Origin: Octopus vulgaris
Taxonomy: Eukaryota
NCBI GenBank assembly: GCA_951406725.2
Contig: OX597831.1
Location: 4,588,001-4,652,000, forward strand
Reading direction: 5' to 3'
DNA length: 64,000 bases
The notes beneath the pieces are model-generated. The model did not search any database and was not told the origin of the DNA. It worked only from the letters and a program-made list of their open reading frames with translations. The position numbers were made by a program, and so were the translations under genes. Positions 56,715 through 64,000 of this stretch are shown one piece after another. Every line of letters starts with the position of its first letter. Position 1 is the first letter of the stretch.

Positions 56715-56778
<64 letters not shown>

Positions 56779-57065
56779 CATCTATGTGTGTGTATATATG
56801 TACACACGTTCACATACACACACGCAAATACACACATACACACATACACACACGCACACATATATATGTCTTGATATCTGGTGTTGGATCATTTTTCTCT
56901 CTCCGTAACTTAGCAGTTCTTGAAAAGAGACCGATAGAATAAGTAGCAAGATTCAAAAATTTAGTACAGGTGTCAATTGCATTGGTTCTTCCCTTCAAAG
57001 CGTTGCCACAGCATGACCGCGGTCCTATGACTGATACAAGGCAAATAGAATATACACAGACATGC

Positions 57066-57635
57066 AGGAAGTAAATAGACACATTTACTTTTCAAAATCT
57101 TTTATTTGATATTAATTGGTTGAAGGTGAGGTTTTCTTCTAGCTACTCGTCCATAATACCTGAACTTATGCAGATATGTAACACACGTTCTTGGACTAAC
57201 TTCTTGCTGTTTTGCAATATCAGAAGCCTTCGAACGGGTTTCGTTTTCCACAATTCTCTTCAAACAGTGAAGCTTCCTTTCCGAGGGCCTAGGTCGTCGC
57301 CCGAGAGGAGAATCTGTTGATTCTGTTCCTTGGCTTTTGAATTGCACTATAATACTAATAAATGTAGCAAGAGGAATTTGAAGATTTTCGGCAATTTTTC
57401 GCTGGCAAAGACCAGCCTCAGATTCCCCAACAATACGACCTCTTTGAAAATCTGACAGTTCTGCTGAATTTTTTGTGCGTGACATGGTTACTTTTCACAA
57501 AAGTTTAATATAATGGCACCTGGAATGAATAAAGAATAATTACATTGTAAATTCTACACTGCTGAAAATATATTAAGACGCCTAGATCAGAAATTTTGAA
57601 AATTAAAGGTGTCTATTTACTTCTGAAATTAGGAG
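57066..57635 (-). mobile_element. Tc1-family element, internally deleted (N-terminal HTH region retained)
   Basis: TIRs GAAGTAAATAGACACATTTACTTTTCAAAAT / ATTTTGAAAATTAAAGGTGTCTATTTACTTC; ORF 57102-57485 MSRTKNSAELSDFQRGRIVG..RKIAENL..GRVARRKP. Confidence 0.85.
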
Positions 57636-57696
57636 GTGCATAGGATATAAAATAGTACCTTCGAATTATCCTGTTGCAAGTTTAGATAACGCTCCT

Positions 57697-58476
57697 TTAA
57701 ATATTAGCATTAAAAACCGGATACAGTTGATCCAACATTTCTTCCTCATTTATGTTCAAACCGGCCAGATCTGGCCTTTCACACTTACCCTTCAATGCCA
57801 TTCTAAAAATAAGCAGTGGCATCACCGAAATCTCGCAGCTATGAAATTATCTATTATATAAAATCCGTTCTGTCTGCCTGTGTGTGTGTCTTCTAGGATC
57901 TCGGGCATCCCCCATCTGATTGCACTCAAATTTGATATGTAGATACCGATGGTATCAGGGCGTGTTTAAGTCTTGAAAAAAATACAAACATCGATTCCAG
58001 GTGAGAAGGCGATCGATAAAGCCGTTTTTGTCCTGCTTTTCTTCCGTCCTGCACCTTCCATATTTTGTTGCTTTTGAACTGCTTAAAGGCACGTTTCTTT
58101 CCTGACAAGCTTATTATTTAAACCATGTTTGTGTTCTCCCAGTCAGCAGCCTTATCATTACTGGTACTTTAAACTCTTCGGTTGCATATTTGTGTGAATA
58201 AAATCGTTTTTCTTTGGAATAGAAAAAAGTCTATCTTTATTTCATTTTTTGCTGGTGTCTCAAATTTAGGTTAAATCAGTGTTTCTGAAAGGGGAGGCCT
58301 ATGGGATGGTCGGACAAGTTGTTTTGAGAAAATTTAGTTTAAATGTTTGACAACTCAGCACCGTCCATTGGACGGCGGTGGGGGGGACGTTTTGCTCGTA
58401 CATGATAAATAGAAAAAATAAATGTGATTAAATAAGCATTACGTTTCACTGACTAATATGAATGCTAAAGGGTTAA
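57697..58476. mobile_element. piggyBac-type MITE (TTAA-bounded) interrupted by a Helitron
   Basis: TTAA..TTAGCATT left end and AATGCTAAAGGG-TTAA right end; the two halves match 41747-41968 contiguously. Confidence 0.6.
57850..58398 (+). mobile_element. Non-autonomous Helitron
   Basis: A|TCTATTATATAAAATCCGTTCTGTCTG start; GC-rich subterminal segment and CTCG|T (degenerate CTAG) end; no TSD. Confidence 0.65.
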
Positions 58477-59124
58477 AACAACTTCTCTGTTAACAAACAG
58501 AATTTAACTGTTTATGCGCAACCCCGACCCCACACACCACTGCCACCCAACACCGCCACCACACACACACACACACACATACACACTAATGTTTTCATAG
58601 ATTTCCTATAACTTCAAATCTCTGGAGAGATTAAAATCGATGAATTAAACTTTCTGACTACATTTGCTGATTCTTTCGTGATAAGTTTGGAATGGTTATG
58701 AGAGATTCTGGTCTAATCTACGAGTCATATGACATCTATATTCTGAAGCCATATTGTCTGGCTATTTGTAGAAAATGGTAAGATTGTCTGTGGAATGACC
58801 ACAGGACACATGGTTATGGTTGATTCCTTTCAATACCATTGAGGCAAAGTTGTCAAGAATATGAAGAGATTTTTCTTTCTTGATCGTCATTTGTCGTTCA
58901 TGCTTCAAGAAATTCTAAAAAGTTGCTCGAAGCTCCATTTCCAAAGACGGAGCTGATCTTGGAAATTTGGATAATCCAATTTCAATCCAGAAGATTCTTT
59001 AAATACAAGTGTCTTTATTTCAATCGAGGAATGACGTCGGACAGACCAGTAGGGCTTCGTAGCAACCAGAAACTTTCTGTGTTCTCTAAAGTATAAAAGC
59101 TAATGAGGTAAACTTTACACTTTA

Positions 59125-59290
59125 GGCGCAGGCTTGTCTGTGAGGTAGGAAGCTTCCTTCCCAACCGCATGGTTCTGAGTTCAGTACCACTGCATGGCAC
59201 CTTGGGTAAATGTCTCCTTCTATAGAGTAGGGCCGACCAAAACCTTGTGGGTGAATTTGGCAGACGGAAAATAAAAGAAACTCGTCGTCT
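59125..59290 (+). mobile_element. SINE family A 5' half
   Basis: GGCGCAGG..GGCACCTTGGGTAAATGTC..GACGGAAA. Confidence 0.75.
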
Positions 59291-59374
59291 CACTAATTTG
59301 TTTTAGTTGATTCTTTGGTCGTAAGCAGAGGAGCCCATTCAGCTATCACACAGATGCAAGGAGAGAGAAAGAGG

Positions 59375-59428
<54 letters not shown>

Positions 59429-59601
59429 AATGTGAAATGAAATACTTTGCTCCAAGACTCAACATATAGACCAATCTGGGAATCGAAAACACAACCTTAT
59501 GATCGGGAGACCAACACCGTAACCATTAAGTCCGTGCATCATATACACGCATAGAAAACATACGTAGGTGCATACATATAAATAAACAGACAAATATACA
59601 C

Positions 59602-59663
<62 letters not shown>

Positions 59664-61294
59664 TATAATATACACATATATTTATATAATATATAACTAT
59701 AGATAATGTTCATACATACATACAAATATATATACACATGAATATGTATGTATATATACGTATATATACATACATATACGTATGTAGATACATATATACT
59801 TACATACATACAGGTATATATATATATGTATATAGGGAGACAGAGACACACACACACATACATACATGCATACAACCGTACACAAGCATACAAATATGCA
59901 TATATGAGAGCTTTGTATGTGTTAGAATTTAATTCCTTCTGGGTAAAAATAAAAGAGGAAATATACATATACACATCCATCCATCCATCTATCCATCCAT
60001 CCATCCATCCTTACATACATACACACATATATGCCACTCAGTCGAGATTACAAGTTCAGGTTTATACCTGTAATAATTGGGGGGCCTGAAATATTGTAAC
60101 ACACTGACTAAAAACCAATCTTGAGAAATTAGGGCTTCTTAAAACCAGAAAAGAGAAGGCTGATTCGAAGACTACAGATCTGTAAAACTTTCCAGAAGTT
60201 TATTATTTAATTATTTCTGAGCATGTCTAGATATGCAAGTATATGCACGAGAATACATACATAAAACAAAACATATAAATCTGCATACATACATACATAC
60301 CCTGTTGTTTCTGAAATTCCAATGAAAGAGCCTTGGTTCTAGGTTACAAATCGGCTCTTTTTCTATTGGCAAGAAAACTTGAAATAAAACTGAACAATGA
60401 TATACATACATACATACATACATACATACAGACTTGCAACTCTTGAATTTATGATGCACCATTACATTCCAATTCGAAGGTTATGCATTTGGAATCTAAA
60501 AGCAGGAAATTGCTACAAAATGCTTAATAAACAAGAGACAATGAAGACCGAAGCTTCATGATGCATCCGTAAATGTAAATCGTATCACATTTCTGTGTAA
60601 GATAGCACTCCTATGATCAGCAGACACCCACAAATGTCCTTAACGTACTATCTTCAAATGTGACACCAGGTTGTCGCTAAAACAATGTGCGATGCCATCT
60701 CTCATGGAATAAATACAGAGGTTCTACTCATGGAATAAATACAGAGGTTCTACTCTGCTATTGAATATATATACAAATACATCAATTACAAGATGTAATG
60801 GTGGAATATTCCCAATAAAATTTCTATCATAAAAGACCAGATTCGTTGTTTGAACAAGCAACAAACAATATGTACGTTACAGTGACCAGCTGTCCTGCTC
60901 TGCTGCTGTGCATATCTCTTAAGAAATCAAAGAGAAGCGGAATAAAAACGGAGAATTTGCTTCGAAACTTTCAGCTTGTATACGTAGACCATAAATTCAT
61001 TTATGCCAGCAACGATTGGTGTACTTGGTTTCGGGACAATCTGGACAAGCTGGGGGTTTTCAGAAAACTACAACAACCAGCTAACTTTTTACATCACAAA
61101 GACAATCTGTAAGTGGAACAGTAAAAATATGCAAGACTTTACTCAAGTGCAAAATGTGACATTGTTTGTGTAATCTACATTCCAACAATGGAGCTTTGTA
61201 TCTTTGTTAGAAACCAGTTCCTTTCTGGTAGGAAGATTTCAAATAATTAAAAGCAGAAGAAAGCATACACGCATACATGTACACATAAATAGAT

Positions 61295-61545
61295 AGATAC
61301 ATACATACATACATGCATACGTACATACATATATACATACATGCATACATACATACACACATACACACTTACATATACATACATACATACATACATACAT
61401 GCATGCATACATACACACATACACACTTACACATACATACATACATACATACATACATGCATACATACATACACACATACACACTTACACATACATACAT
61501 ACATACATACATACATAAATGCATGCATACATACATACATACGTA
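61295..61545. repeat. (CATA)n array with higher-order CATACACACTTACA units
   Basis: Seen directly. Confidence 0.9.
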
Positions 61546-61666
61546 CGGCATTTAATATGGCATTTTTCCTATTACATACATGCAGAAGAATGTTAAATTC
61601 TTAACGTTTCTAAAGCGAAGTTAAAATGTATATGCGTGTATATATATCTAAATATATATATATATA

Positions 61667-61765
<99 letters not shown>

Positions 61766-61798
61766 TTCATACAAACGCACATACATATACAAAAATCT

Positions 61799-61840
<42 letters not shown>

Positions 61841-61908
61841 TATACACACATATGTTTGTGTCCGTATATACATATTTATATGTATATGTACATGCATGCT
61901 TGTGCATA

Positions 61909-61987
<79 letters not shown>

Positions 61988-62269
61988 GTACATATATCAC
62001 ATTTATATTATATATATATATATATTTATATGTATCAGTTTGTGCGTGTATGTGCGCGTGAAAAATCTTTGTATGCAAATTCTAAAATCCAATAGAATGC
62101 TATGAATAGGAAAGCATTGATATGAATATTAATAAGGACTGGATATTAATACAAGGAAAATGTGGTTATATCTGTATCCATATATATTTATTCACACTTT
62201 GATATCACATGACAACTTTCCCCACAACCAACGCATTCTCTCCCTCTCTCCCAATCTTTCACCCACGTC

Positions 62270-62326
<57 letters not shown>

Positions 62327-62338
62327 CATGCACACACA

Positions 62339-62373
<35 letters not shown>

Positions 62374-62819
62374 ATTCTCTTCCACTGTGTTGTCTGTCGT
62401 AAGCTTGTCCCTCGCCGAATCTGAATTTATTCATATAAGAATCCATCCTTATATACAAACATATGTACAATCGTACAAAATATACATACATGATGCGCAC
62501 ATGCCTGCATACATACGTACATACAAAAACAAATATGTTTTATATGTGTGATTGTGTGCACGCGTGTGCGTGTGTGTGTCAGTGTGTGCGAGTGTTTAAT
62601 GCGTTATATTTCTATATCTTTGGAAGTAGCTCTGTCTTTTTAGTTCTCCGTTTCCCCCTCTTCTTTCTTATATAAAAAATCATATATACACATAAACATA
62701 TATGGCTAAATACATATATAAATACATGGATAACTACATATATACATATAAAAATACTTACATACATATAATATTGAATATTTATAACATACGTCTCTAT
62801 GTGTATAAATACACACATT

Positions 62820-62873
<54 letters not shown>

Positions 62874-62943
62874 CATATATATATATGAGTGTGTGTGTGT
62901 ATGTATATATATATATTTATCTCTCTCTCTCACACACACACAT

Positions 62944-63001
<58 letters not shown>

Positions 63002-63138
63002 ATGTATGTATTTATACTGCACCGGCAATATATGGTGGCTCCAGAGTCATCATAATGTCCCTGACTTACCAATATATTGGAATATGTGTTTGAAATCTCT
63101 CAAAGACGGAGAGACGGAGAAAGAGAAGGAAACGCGAC

Positions 63139-63180
<42 letters not shown>

Positions 63181-63350
63181 GAAGAAGAAGTAGACGAGAT
63201 GCCTATAACAGTGACAACAACAACAGCATCAAAACCTATTGCAAGAACAATAATAAAGATAACACGAAATGGTAGAGCTGCCAGTAACCATAATTGCGTT
63301 TTGAAATCTGTAAGAATTCGCTAAACCATATATTGTAATATATAACATAT

Positions 63351-63411
<61 letters not shown>

Positions 63412-63505
63412 AATATAATATAATATACATCCAGCATAAATATAATATATCACATATATAAAACATAACATGTTATACTTAATAGTTAACGTTTAACATG
63501 ATATA

Positions 63506-63538
<33 letters not shown>

Positions 63539-63684
63539 GTACACACAGTGCATTTATATAACATAATACATAATACATATATCATATATTTATATAACAT
63601 AAAATATGCAACACCTAAAGTATTGTATATGCATATATACATATATACGTATATATATATATGTATATATATATAAATATATAT

Positions 63685-63750
<66 letters not shown>

Positions 63751-63797
63751 GAAATATAATATTTAAGCTACTATTTCTACAACAAATAGTAAATATA

Positions 63798-63893
<96 letters not shown>

Positions 63894-64000
63894 TACGTGT
63901 GTGTGTGTATGTATGTATATATTATGTTGATATGCATATTATGTGTTATGCATGTTATGTAACATGCTGAAAATATAATATCTCACATGTTACATATACA

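Noticed and set aside
58600-59110. Unique-looking moderate-complexity stretch as a possible exon
   Set aside because: There is no substantial ORF in the track and no recognisable motif; probably an old TE remnant, and it cannot be supported.

Overview
AT-rich, microsatellite-saturated metazoan DNA. The SINE families and repeat landscape suggest an octopod cephalopod, but that is an inference. I see no intact host protein-coding gene, rRNA, true tRNA or CRISPR array, so the window looks like a large intron or gene desert, and almost all listed ORFs are translations of simple repeats. The interpretable content is a nested set of transposons. Retroelements: two Dong/R4-type RLE non-LTR elements in (TAA)n tracts, a decayed Penelope-like element (RT + GIY-YIG), CR1, Tx1/L1-like and RTE 3' fragments, and about 30 copies of three tRNA-derived SINE families. 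DNA elements: a near full-length IR/DR Tc1, deleted mariner/maT/Tc1 copies, two non-autonomous Helitrons and a piggyBac-type MITE. The most interesting signal is at least 7 minimal type-I hammerhead-ribozyme motifs in Penelope-type terminal repeats sitting in microsatellites. Across these copies the core 3-8 pair covaries (C-G, U-A, G-C). Also notable: Dong elements in the (ATT)n tail of the same repeat family at two loci, a CR1 LINE and a SINE sharing a 3' tail, SINE multimers inside single target-site duplications, long fold-back hairpins, and short unique islands with clustered transcription-factor motifs. Coordinates were read by eye and may be off by a few bases.
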